From: Minisyncoccia bacterium
Lineage (GTDB): Bacteria > Patescibacteriota > Minisyncoccia > Phycocordibacterales > UBA9973
Direction of reading: 5' to 3'
DNA length: 64,000 nt
NCBI GenBank assembly: GCA_044229265.1
Contig: JBGATK010000004.1
Coordinates: 252 to 64,251, forward strand
This document shows positions 18,134 to 27,266 of the stretch, piece by piece; the stretch's first letter is position 1; the number at the start of each line of letters is the position of its first letter. The notes below the pieces were generated by a model. It was not told the DNA's origin. It ran no database searches and saw only the letters and a list, made by a program, of their open reading frames with translations. The position numbers and the translations under genes are program-made.

Positions 18134-18772
18134 TTATTTTATAGCGTTTAGATAATTTTGCTCAATTACAGCCCAATTTAAATTTTCAAAAAATGCCTCT
18201 ATGTATTTTTTCTTTTCACTTGTAGGGTAGTCATACACATACGCATGTTCCCACATATCTATCGCGAGTATCATTTTGCAACCATTTAATTGGCCCAAGT
18301 GTTGCTCATCTATCCACGATGCTATCAGCCTGTCGGAAATTTGATCATACCAAAGCACTGCCCAACCTACACCACGAGTAAGGGCTAAATTTTTAAAACC
18401 CATTAGAAATATATCCATACCACCGCAAGTCTCTATCATTTTTTTATTTAATTCACTTTCAGGATTCCATGCTTTTGCCCCGCCAGAGAGGGAAGAGAAA
18501 TATATTTCATGGTTACGCATGCCATTATATTCAAAAGAAAATCTACGAAAAAGTTCGGCTATTAAATACGCGTTGTCTTTATTTTCAGCAAAAAATTCTT
18601 TTGATAATTCACTGATTTTTTCTACTATAGAGTTCGTATTGTTTACATAACCCGCATAAAGCTTTAAATGCTCTTCAATATTTTTACTACTTATACCTTT
18701 TAGCTCACCAATATTAAAATTTTTTTCTTCAAATTTAGTCATGCTAGAATTATAGCATGGAAGCAGGAACAC
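18134..18772 (-). CDS. sod: Fe/Mn superoxide dismutase
   Basis: AIDMWEHAYVYDY (the DxWEHAYY metal-ligand motif) and overall SodA/SodB-like sequence. Confidence 0.85.
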   Translation of the reverse strand: MFLLPCYNSSMTKFEEKNFNIGELKGISSKNIEEHLKLYAGYVNNTNSIVEKISELSKEFFAENKDNAYLIAELFRRFSFEYNGMRNHEIYFSSLSGGAKAWNPESELNKKMIETCGGMDIFLMGFKNLALTRGVGWAVLWYDQISDRLIASWIDEQHLGQLNGCKMILAIDMWEHAYVYDYPTSEKKKYIEAFFENLNWAVIEQNYLNAIK

Positions 18773-19626
18773 AGAAAAACAGACTTTTATACATAGCTTT
18801 GTTTTTGTTTTGCGCTAATATTTTAATTTTTTATTTATATTTTTCTTTTTATAAGTCTATAGATAGTTTAACTTTTGCAATGCTGGATGTAGGGCAGGGC
18901 GATGCTATTTTAATAAAGACTCCCTCTGGTAAAGACATATTAGTAGATGCTGGCCCGAAAGATGTAATTACGACAGCATTGCCAAAAGTCATGAGCCCTT
19001 TCGATAGAGCGATAGATATTTTAATAATTACCAATCCGGACGAAGATCATATTGGAGGTTTCGATAATGTCCTCGATGTGTATGATGTGGGCCTAGTAAT
19101 TGAGCCTGGGACTTACAACCCATCGACAACTTATAAAAATTTAAAAGAAAAAATTGTAGAGAAAAAAGTGCAAAATATCTTAGCGCGTGCAGGAACACAT
19201 ATTGATTTCGGTGACGGTGTTGTGATGGAAATACTTTTTCCAGATAGAGATGTGAGTAGTTGGGAAGCCAATGATGGTTCGGTAATTGCAAAATTAACTT
19301 ATGGCGAGCAAACTTTTTTATTAACAGGTGATGCTACAGCCAAAACTGAAAAAATAATTTTAGAAAAATATTCTAAAGAATTTTTAGATGTAGATGTTTT
19401 AAAAGTAGGGCACCACGGTTCACACACTTCCACTAGCGATATTTTTGCGAGAGCTATTACTCCCAAATACGCATTAATTTCTGATGGAAAAAATAATAAA
19501 TATGGCCATCCACATAAAGCCGTGCTTGATACTTTGGCTGATTATGGTGCACAAATATTGCGCACAGACCTCGTGGGGACAATTATTTTTAAGTGTGATA
19601 AAATAGGGGAATGCAAGACAAAATAA
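18757..19626 (+). CDS. MBL-fold metallo-hydrolase, ComEC C-terminal (beta-lactamase-like) domain encoded as a separate gene
   Basis: N-terminal TM, MLDVGQGDAILIKTPSGKDILVDAGP, HIGG, VGHHGS: the ComEC MBL-domain motifs. Confidence 0.65.
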   Translation: MEAGTQKNRLLYIALFLFCANILIFYLYFSFYKSIDSLTFAMLDVGQGDAILIKTPSGKDILVDAGPKDVITTALPKVMSPFDRAIDILIITNPDEDHIGGFDNVLDVYDVGLVIEPGTYNPSTTYKNLKEKIVEKKVQNILARAGTHIDFGDGVVMEILFPDRDVSSWEANDGSVIAKLTYGEQTFLLTGDATAKTEKIILEKYSKEFLDVDVLKVGHHGSHTSTSDIFARAITPKYALISDGKNNKYGHPHKAVLDTLADYGAQILRTDLVGTIIFKCDKIGECKTK

Positions 19627-20789
19627 TAGAAAAACTCATAAAAGCCGAAATCAAAAGGCAAAAATCCGTTATTAATCTTATTGCTTCCGAGAACTATGTT
19701 TCAAGCGATGTTTTAAAGGCTCTTGGTTCGAAATTAACAAATAAATATGCAGAAGGATATCCAGGCAGGCGCTATTATCGTGGGACAAAAATTTGTGATG
19801 AAATAGAAGAATTAGCTCAAAAAAGAGCTTTAGAATTATTTGATCTTAAGCCTGAAAAATGGTCCGTGAACGTGCAACCACTGTCTGGCTCACCAGCTAA
19901 TGTTGCGGTGTATGTAGGTCTTGTGCCATTTGGAGAAAAAATAATGGGTATGACTCTTGCGCATGGCGGCCACCTTACTCATGGGCAATCAGTTTCTATT
20001 ACTGGAAAATTTTGGCAACAAGTTCCATATATTTTAGATAAAAAAACTGAACAATTAAACTATAATGAAATAAAAAAAATTGCACTTGAAAATAAACCAA
20101 AACTTATAGTAGCTGGATACACTGCTTATGCCCACATTATTGATTTTAAAAAGTTTCGAGAAATTGCAGATGCTTGCGGGGCAATTTTAATGGTAGATAT
20201 GTCTCATTTCGGTGGGCTTGTTGCTGGGCGTGCATATCCAAGCCCTTTTGCCTATGCAGATGTAGTTACAACTACAACACATAAAACTCTTCGAGGCCCA
20301 AGAAGTGCAATGATATTTGTTAAAAAAGATGAACGAGAACTCGACAAATTAGTAAATAAAGCAGTATTCCCTGGTATGCAAGGTGGTCCGCATATTAACC
20401 AAATTGCTGGAGTAGCAGTAGCTCTCAAAGAAGCGAATACAAGCGCATTTCGTAAATATGCAACTCAAGTTATAAAAAATACCAAAGCCCTTGCAGATGA
20501 ACTTAAAAAACTTGGATGGCGTATTGTAGAAGGAGGAACAGAAACGCATTTACTTCGTGTTGATGTGTGGCAAGATGGAAAAGGTGTAACTGGGCGCACT
20601 GCAGCAGACATGCTCGAAGCATCCGGAATTATTGTAAATGAAAATACAATACCTTTTGATACTCGAAAACCAATGGATCCATCTGGTATTCGTCTTGGCA
20701 CTGCAGCAGAGACTACTCTTGGTAAAAAGGAAAAAGACATGATAGTTATTGCAAGAAAAATTGATAAAGTTTTAAGACAGAAAAAATAA
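19611..20789 (+). CDS. glyA: Serine hydroxymethyltransferase
   Basis: LIASENYVS, LTNKYAEGYPGRRYY, and the PLP-lysine region TTTTHKTLRGPR. Confidence 0.9.
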   Translation: MQDKIIEKLIKAEIKRQKSVINLIASENYVSSDVLKALGSKLTNKYAEGYPGRRYYRGTKICDEIEELAQKRALELFDLKPEKWSVNVQPLSGSPANVAVYVGLVPFGEKIMGMTLAHGGHLTHGQSVSITGKFWQQVPYILDKKTEQLNYNEIKKIALENKPKLIVAGYTAYAHIIDFKKFREIADACGAILMVDMSHFGGLVAGRAYPSPFAYADVVTTTTHKTLRGPRSAMIFVKKDERELDKLVNKAVFPGMQGGPHINQIAGVAVALKEANTSAFRKYATQVIKNTKALADELKKLGWRIVEGGTETHLLRVDVWQDGKGVTGRTAADMLEASGIIVNENTIPFDTRKPMDPSGIRLGTAAETTLGKKEKDMIVIARKIDKVLRQKK

Positions 20790-20800
20790 ACATAAATCAC

Positions 20801-21277
20801 ATGCCTCACATCCATGAAAAAATAGATTTTTGCGTAGAAGCACTTATCGTTCATAAAAATAAAGTGCTTCTTAGAATGCATGACAAGTATAAAATGTGGT
20901 TTTCTGTTGGTGGGCATATTGAGCTTGATGAAGACCCAGTGGAGGCGTTGTATCGAGAAGTAAGAGAAGAGGTTGGCTTAGATATAAAAATAATTAGTGA
21001 AGCTTATGGACCAGATGGAGGTAAAATTAATAATAGAAGTTATAAGTATTTAATTCCTCCAAGATTTTTAGGTAGGCATCCTGTAAATGAAACTCACGAA
21101 CATATTGTGTTTGTTTATTTTGCTACAGCTGATACAGACACTGTTTCCGATTCAGTTCTAGATCATGAGAAGGGTGTAGAAGTAAAATGGTTCAGCAGGG
21201 AAGATTTAGAAAACACAGATCTTGTGCCAAATATAAAATTTTACGCAATGAAAGCCTTAGAAGAATTAGGGGAATAA
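20801..21277 (+). CDS. NUDIX hydrolase
   Basis: Nudix box GGHIELDEDPVEALYREVREEVGL. Confidence 0.75.
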   Translation: MPHIHEKIDFCVEALIVHKNKVLLRMHDKYKMWFSVGGHIELDEDPVEALYREVREEVGLDIKIISEAYGPDGGKINNRSYKYLIPPRFLGRHPVNETHEHIVFVYFATADTDTVSDSVLDHEKGVEVKWFSREDLENTDLVPNIKFYAMKALEELGE

Positions 21278-21285
21278 AAAAATAA

Positions 21286-21864
21286 ATGCTTCCACAATAT
21301 TTCGTATATCTAACAATTTTTACTTCCATATTTGCGGGGTCTTTTTATTTGAGGTCAATGTGGATGGGTAAGGCCAAGCCGAATCTCATTAGCTGGCTCG
21401 TTTGGGTTCTCGCTCCTGTGTCTGCTGGTCTTGTATCTATATCACTCGGCGCTGGGGCATCTGCTATTCCTATTTTTATGGCAGCTTTTACACCGCTATG
21501 TGTGGTAATTTTAGGATTATGGAAAAGAAATGCACACTGGAAAGCAAGCACTCTCGACTATGTATGCCTAGCGCTTTCCCTTATTTCACTTTTTTCTTTT
21601 ATAATTTTAAAAACTGGAACACTGGCTACCACATTTGCAATTCTTGCTGACCTCATCGCATTTGTGCCGACATATATCAAAAGCTACAAAGCACCAGAAA
21701 GCGAAAACCTCGGCCCATATCTTTCCGGTTTATTTAACCCATTAATTTCTGTAGCAACGCTTTCTTCTATATCCTTCAATACTGCGGGCTTTGCCTTATA
21801 CCTCTTCTTGGGAAATCTGCTCGAAATTGCTATAGTGTTAATACGAAAGAAATTTAAGAAATAA
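21286..21864 (+). CDS. Hypothetical polytopic membrane protein
   Basis: 192 aa, 5-6 predicted hydrophobic helices, no motif recognised. Confidence 0.4.
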   Translation: MLPQYFVYLTIFTSIFAGSFYLRSMWMGKAKPNLISWLVWVLAPVSAGLVSISLGAGASAIPIFMAAFTPLCVVILGLWKRNAHWKASTLDYVCLALSLISLFSFIILKTGTLATTFAILADLIAFVPTYIKSYKAPESENLGPYLSGLFNPLISVATLSSISFNTAGFALYLFLGNLLEIAIVLIRKKFKK

Positions 21865-21866
21865 TT

Positions 21867-22565
21867 ATGAAAAAAACTAAAGGAAAATTGATAGTTATAG
21901 ACGGTACAGATGGGTCGGGGAAAGCGACGCAGATAGATTTGCTGGCTAAGAGATTAAAGAAAGAAGGAAAGAAGGTAAAGGTATTCGATTTTCCAGAATA
22001 TTATAAAAACTTTTTTGGTAAATTTATTGGGCATTGTTTGAGCGAGCAATATTACAATTGGCTAGGTGTGCACCCAAAAATAGCTTCCATGGCTTATGCA
22101 GCGGATAGGTGGGAGTCTAGCAAGGAGATGTATAAATGGCTCGAAGATGGATACATAGTCCTTGCCAATAGGTATGTATCTGCAAATCAAATACATCAAG
22201 GAGGAAAAATTGCTGATGGTAAAAAAAGAGCGGAATTTCTAGAATGGCTCGACGAGATGGAATATAAAGTTTTCAAAATCCCTCGGCCGAACCTAACTAT
22301 CTATCTTTCATTACCTATAGAGATAAGTTTGAGGCTCATTGGCGAGCGTAATGGCAAAATGAAAAGAGAGTATTTGAAAAAGAAAAAGGATGTGCATGAA
22401 AATGACAAAAACTTCCTTATTAACTCTCGTAAAAGCGCACTATGGCTCGAAGGCAAAGTAAAGAATTTTATTAAAATCGACTGTGCCGAGAAGGGAGGTA
22501 AAGAAATAATGACAAGAGAAGCAATACACGAGGAGGTTTTTAACAAAGTAAAAAAAGTGATATGA
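21867..22565 (+). CDS. tmk: Thymidylate (dTMP) kinase
   Basis: KLIVIDGTDGSGKATQ P-loop typical of Tmk, followed by the DRY-like/lid regions. Confidence 0.75.
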   Translation: MKKTKGKLIVIDGTDGSGKATQIDLLAKRLKKEGKKVKVFDFPEYYKNFFGKFIGHCLSEQYYNWLGVHPKIASMAYAADRWESSKEMYKWLEDGYIVLANRYVSANQIHQGGKIADGKKRAEFLEWLDEMEYKVFKIPRPNLTIYLSLPIEISLRLIGERNGKMKREYLKKKKDVHENDKNFLINSRKSALWLEGKVKNFIKIDCAEKGGKEIMTREAIHEEVFNKVKKVI

Positions 22566-23137
22566 AAGAGGACATCAAAAATCAAAAAAAGAAATTTATT
22601 TTAATATATGGCTCACCGGCAGTTGGTAAATTAACAGTTTCTAAAGAGTTAGAAAAAATCACTGACTATCATATTTTTCATAATCACGATGTTATTGATT
22701 TGGTGATTCGATTTTGGAATAGGGAAGACGTTAGATATCAAAAAATTAGATGCGAGTTAGCATTTAAAGCAATTGACCTTTTGCTGTCGGAGGGAGCAAA
22801 AATCATTTTTACACATTCTTATGCAAAAAATTTTGTTTTTAAAACAGGAATGACAGATACAAAGTTTATTGATCAGATATATAAAATTTGTAAAAAAAGA
22901 GGCTATGAATTTTACTCAATACAGTTAATTTGTGATGAGAAAGAGATTTTGAGGCGTATAAAATCTGATTCAAGAAAACTACATGGTAAGTTGAAAAAAG
23001 TTTCAATAATGAAAAATTTACTAAAAACATCTGACTTCACTTCTCCTTTGGAATATAGTAATAACTTTGTAATAAACAATACTAATATACCAGCAAAAAA
23101 GGTTGCAAAAATCATAAAAGAGAAGTTTAGAGTATAA
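22562..23137 (+). CDS. P-loop kinase-like protein (AAA_33/shikimate-gluconate-kinase-like fold), substrate unknown
   Basis: Walker A GSPAVGKLT near the N-terminus; small (191 aa); overlaps the tmk stop. Confidence 0.45.
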   Translation: MKEDIKNQKKKFILIYGSPAVGKLTVSKELEKITDYHIFHNHDVIDLVIRFWNREDVRYQKIRCELAFKAIDLLLSEGAKIIFTHSYAKNFVFKTGMTDTKFIDQIYKICKKRGYEFYSIQLICDEKEILRRIKSDSRKLHGKLKKVSIMKNLLKTSDFTSPLEYSNNFVINNTNIPAKKVAKIIKEKFRV

Positions 23138-23208
23138 GAATATTACTTTAATCCCCAATAAGTGTTTATTTAATAAAACTTTCAGCATATAATATATAGA
23201 AGTATTAT

Positions 23209-25011
23209 ATGATCAATGAAGAAATAATTTCGTATATTAAAAATGCCAAAGAGCATGGTATAACTCTTGATGCTATTCGCATGAATTTAAAAACTGGTGG
23301 TTGGAACGATGCTGATATAGATGAAGCTTTTGCTGTAACCGAAAGAAGTATCGCATCTAATATTGTGCCTCCTTTTCCACAAAAGCCCCAGGATAATTCT
23401 GCGTCAATCCAAATGAATAACACGAGCTTTGTTAGCCAGAATCAAAATGGATTTGTGGGCGGTATCACGAACATGCCTGCAAAAAAGAAAAGTCATTGGG
23501 TGATTCTAACTATTCTAATTTTAGTATTTTTAATTTTAGGTGGCACAGGTTTTGCTTTTTATAAAAAAATAATTCCATTGCCTAGTTTTATAACTAAGTA
23601 TTTAGACAAGGCGCCATACGATGAGCAGAATTTAATTTCCGGGCTTTTGTTTAAAATGGCTCAAATTAAAACTGTAAAATACACTGTTGCCACAGAAGTT
23701 TCTCTGGGGGCTCGTGATGCTGATGTAAAACCTCTAATTTTAACAGGTGATTTAGCTCCTACCAGTTTTGATCAAACTGAATATTTTCCTACAGAATTTA
23801 AATTAAATACTTCGATAACTGCCGAGACGGATTTGTCTAATCTGGCGAATTCGGATTGGAAGATCAATCTCGATACTTCTGGTGATTTAGGTGATCTGTA
23901 TTATCAGATTAATATCGATTCGCTTAAAAAAGGTAAAAATATTTATTTTAAAGTTAATAATTTACCAGCTTTATTTTCTTTTTTCCCATTTCCAAAAAGC
24001 CAGTGGTTCTTGCTCGATTTTGATAGTATAGACGAAATAGCTAAACAACATTTAACAGACAAAGAATATGAAGAATTTAAAAGTGGTACAGAAGTTGATG
24101 GAGAAAATTTCCAAAAGCAATTATTGGAATATGAATCAAAATACAAAGAAAATAGAGAAAAGTCTGCTCGAATCATGAAGAAATTTATTCTTATGGCTGA
24201 TGAATATAAAATTTTGGCTTTCAAAGAACCACCACTCAAAGATGAAATTACTGTCGTGCCTTTATATAGGTATAGTTTGATGTTTCGACCAGGAACCCTC
24301 ACTACTTTTGTAGAAGCATTTATGCGCGATGTTCTAAATGAAGAATTTCCAGAAGATAGGGAAGAGAACGAAAAACTCATCGCAGAATTAAAATCTGAAA
24401 ATGCAATACAAATTATGAATTATATAGAAGAAAATACAACGATATTATTTTGGGTTGATCAAAATGGTTTACCAGAGAGTATGAAATTCAAATTTAGGTT
24501 TGTCCCTGGCAATGTAAGTGGTAATTTTAATGAAAAACAAATTAATTTTGAAACTAATTTAAAACTTGCAAATATAAATGCACCTATTGTTATCGATGCT
24601 CCAGCTAATGCTAAAAGCTTTTTTCAATATATTTTCGACTCTTTAGAAAGTGCTAGTATAAAAGCGAATAATGCAAAGATAATTTCCAATCTTTCATCAT
24701 TGCGTGCAGAAGCTGAGCTTTATTTTGATAGCAAGGGTAATTATGGTGGTAAGACCAGTGGTGGTTGCGCGGTGTCAGGCACTATATTTAATTCTCCTAG
24801 AATTGCTAACTTGCTAAATGAAATTAAAAATATACAAATACAAGAAAACTTACAAGGTAAAACTGCGTGTTTTAGTAATAAAGATGCATACGCTATAACT
24901 ACACCCCTACTTGATGTAGGTGATGGCCAAAAGTATTTTTGTGTCGATAGTGCGGGTACTGCTAGGGAAACTAGGTCTCATGCTATTGCTCCTATCTGTC
25001 CTGGTTTCTAA
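23209..25011 (+). CDS. Hypothetical membrane protein with a C-terminal type IV pilin-like globular domain
   Basis: Small N-terminal cytoplasmic domain, one TM helix (HWVILTILILVFLILGGTGFAFY), about 350-aa ectodomain. C-terminal NNAKIISNLSSLRAEAELYFDSKGNYGG plus 4 Cys resembles the region after the N-terminal helix of type IV pilins/pseudopilins. Confidence 0.45.
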   Translation: MINEEIISYIKNAKEHGITLDAIRMNLKTGGWNDADIDEAFAVTERSIASNIVPPFPQKPQDNSASIQMNNTSFVSQNQNGFVGGITNMPAKKKSHWVILTILILVFLILGGTGFAFYKKIIPLPSFITKYLDKAPYDEQNLISGLLFKMAQIKTVKYTVATEVSLGARDADVKPLILTGDLAPTSFDQTEYFPTEFKLNTSITAETDLSNLANSDWKINLDTSGDLGDLYYQINIDSLKKGKNIYFKVNNLPALFSFFPFPKSQWFLLDFDSIDEIAKQHLTDKEYEEFKSGTEVDGENFQKQLLEYESKYKENREKSARIMKKFILMADEYKILAFKEPPLKDEITVVPLYRYSLMFRPGTLTTFVEAFMRDVLNEEFPEDREENEKLIAELKSENAIQIMNYIEENTTILFWVDQNGLPESMKFKFRFVPGNVSGNFNEKQINFETNLKLANINAPIVIDAPANAKSFFQYIFDSLESASIKANNAKIISNLSSLRAEAELYFDSKGNYGGKTSGGCAVSGTIFNSPRIANLLNEIKNIQIQENLQGKTACFSNKDAYAITTPLLDVGDGQKYFCVDSAGTARETRSHAIAPICPGF

Positions 25012-25068
25012 TCTCTAATCTATAATTTGCAAATTTTCAAGATTTATAGAATATGCTATGATGATGGC

Positions 25069-25494
25069 ATGGAACTTAAAGTTAAAAAATTAGTTGATGA
25101 TGCGAAATTACCTACAAAAGGCCACCCTGGCGATGCTGGGATAGATTTCTTTGCGATAGAAGAAGTAATTTTTCCCAGTGGCGAGCAGAGGAGTGTATCG
25201 ACTGGTGTTGCTATCGAAATTCCGAGTGGACACGTGGGCCTTATTTGGGATAAATCTAGCATCTCCTTTAATCTGGGCCTTAAGGTTATGGGCGGAGTTA
25301 TAGATTCTGGTTATCGCGGAGAGATAATTATGAATTTAGTAAATACTACTGCTGAAGAAGTAAAAATAGAGAAAGGTCAAAAAGTCGCTCAGATGATTAT
25401 TCAAAAATTCGAAGATTGTAATATTAATGAAGTTTTAGAATTAGGAGAAACAATTCGCGGTGCAGGTAGAGAAGGTAGCACTGGTAAACACTAA
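25069..25494 (+). CDS. dut: dUTP diphosphatase
   Basis: Start trimmed to MELKVKKL. GDAGIDFFA, GLIWDKSS, IDSGYRGEI match dUTPase motifs 1-3. Confidence 0.8.
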   Translation: MELKVKKLVDDAKLPTKGHPGDAGIDFFAIEEVIFPSGEQRSVSTGVAIEIPSGHVGLIWDKSSISFNLGLKVMGGVIDSGYRGEIIMNLVNTTAEEVKIEKGQKVAQMIIQKFEDCNINEVLELGETIRGAGREGSTGKH

Positions 25495-27233
25495 TGCAAG
25501 AGAAAATAAAAAATTTAATTATAGATGCACTTAAAAAACTCGACATAGATGCCGGGGTAGATTCCCGCCCGGACGAAAGTCCATTCGGACGGGTCGTGGT
25601 GGAGCATCCGGCAGATTTAGCTATGGGGGATTATTCTACTAATGTGGCTATGGCTCTCGCGAAAAGTTTAAAAATGAATCCAAAGGAGTTGGCAGAGAAG
25701 ATCGTTGGAGAAATAAAAAAAGTAGAGGAAGGAATAGAAATTCAAAATATAGAATCCGCTGGGACAGGGTTTATAAATTTTTATTTAACGAAAAAGTTTT
25801 TTTCTAATTCTTTAAATGAAATTATAATTGATGAAAAATTTGGTAAAAATAATTCTAAAGAAGGACAGGTGATAATGGTGGAATACACTGACCCGAATCC
25901 TTTCAAACCTTTTCATATCGGACACCTTATGAGTAATTCTATAGGAGAATCTTTGTCTCGCCTTGTAGAATATTCTGGAGCAGAGACTGTTCGTGCAAAT
26001 TACCAAGGCGATGTAGGCCTTCATGTAGCTAAAGCCATTTATGGAATACTTCAAAAAGGAACACCTGAAGAAAATAAAACTATCAATGAAAAAGCCGAGT
26101 ACATAGGGCAATGTTATTCTTTTGCTTCAAATTTATACGAAGAAAATGAAGATACAAAAAAAGAAATCAATAAAATCAATAAACAAATTTACGAAAAGTC
26201 AGATGAAAAAATAAATGAGCTTTATTTATGGGGTAGAATTATCACCCTAGAAGCTTTTGAGAATATTTATAAAATTTTAGGTACAAAATTTAAATACTAT
26301 TTCTTTGAATCGGAAATGGCAGAAATAGGAAAAGAAATAGTAAAAAATAATCTAGGTAAGGTTTTTGAAGAATCAAATGGAGCTATCGTATTCCACGCTG
26401 AAAAACATGATCCGAAATTGCACACTAGAGTATTTATAAATTCTGAAGGCTTGCCCACATATGAGACCAAAGAAATAGGTCTTACCGTTAGTAAATTTGA
26501 AAAAGAAAATCCCGACACTTCTATTGTAATCACTGCGATAGAGCAGGGGCAATATATGCGTGTTGTGGCCAAAGCTATTTCTCTAATTTATCCAGAATAT
26601 GAATCACGAATGCGCCATATTACACACGGCATGCTTCGTTTTTCTACAGGAAAAATGAGTTCAAGAAAAGGAAATATTATTACAGGAGAATCTTTAATAA
26701 AAGATGTTAACGATTCTATTTTAGAGAAAATAAAAGATAGAAATTGGAATGATGAAGACAAGAAAAAAATCGCTAATCAAGTAGGTGTTGGTGCGCTTAA
26801 ATTTTCTATTTTGCGTCAGGCTATAGGCGGTGATATTATTTATGATTTTGAAAAATCTATTTCTTTCGAAGGGGATTCGGGGCCTTATTTACAATACTCT
26901 TTTGCTCGAGCAAATTCTATTTTAGAAAAAGCAAAAAAGGAAAATATTGAAATCAGTACAAATACTAAAAAAGAAGAAATTTTAGAAATAGAAAAATTGT
27001 TATATAAATTTCCAAATATCGTTTCCCGTGCCCAAAATGAATACGCCCCACATTATATAACTCATTATTTGATAGAGTTAGCCCACGTTTTTAATAATTT
27101 TTATGGCCAAAATCAAATAGTAAATATCGAAGATGTCGAGTCTCCATATAAGCTAGCTATTACAAAAGCCTTTACTCGTATTATGCAAAACGGCCTTTAC
27201 CTCCTCGGTATCGAAAGTCCAGAAAAGATGTAA
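25494..27233 (+). CDS. argS: Arginine--tRNA ligase
   Basis: Class I HIGH (PFHIGHLMS), ArgRS N-terminal domain, DALR-type C-terminal anticodon-binding region. Confidence 0.85.
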   Translation: MQEKIKNLIIDALKKLDIDAGVDSRPDESPFGRVVVEHPADLAMGDYSTNVAMALAKSLKMNPKELAEKIVGEIKKVEEGIEIQNIESAGTGFINFYLTKKFFSNSLNEIIIDEKFGKNNSKEGQVIMVEYTDPNPFKPFHIGHLMSNSIGESLSRLVEYSGAETVRANYQGDVGLHVAKAIYGILQKGTPEENKTINEKAEYIGQCYSFASNLYEENEDTKKEINKINKQIYEKSDEKINELYLWGRIITLEAFENIYKILGTKFKYYFFESEMAEIGKEIVKNNLGKVFEESNGAIVFHAEKHDPKLHTRVFINSEGLPTYETKEIGLTVSKFEKENPDTSIVITAIEQGQYMRVVAKAISLIYPEYESRMRHITHGMLRFSTGKMSSRKGNIITGESLIKDVNDSILEKIKDRNWNDEDKKKIANQVGVGALKFSILRQAIGGDIIYDFEKSISFEGDSGPYLQYSFARANSILEKAKKENIEISTNTKKEEILEIEKLLYKFPNIVSRAQNEYAPHYITHYLIELAHVFNNFYGQNQIVNIEDVESPYKLAITKAFTRIMQNGLYLLGIESPEKM

Positions 27234-27266
27234 AACAAAGCTTTTTATGCTATTATCAATTTTGTA

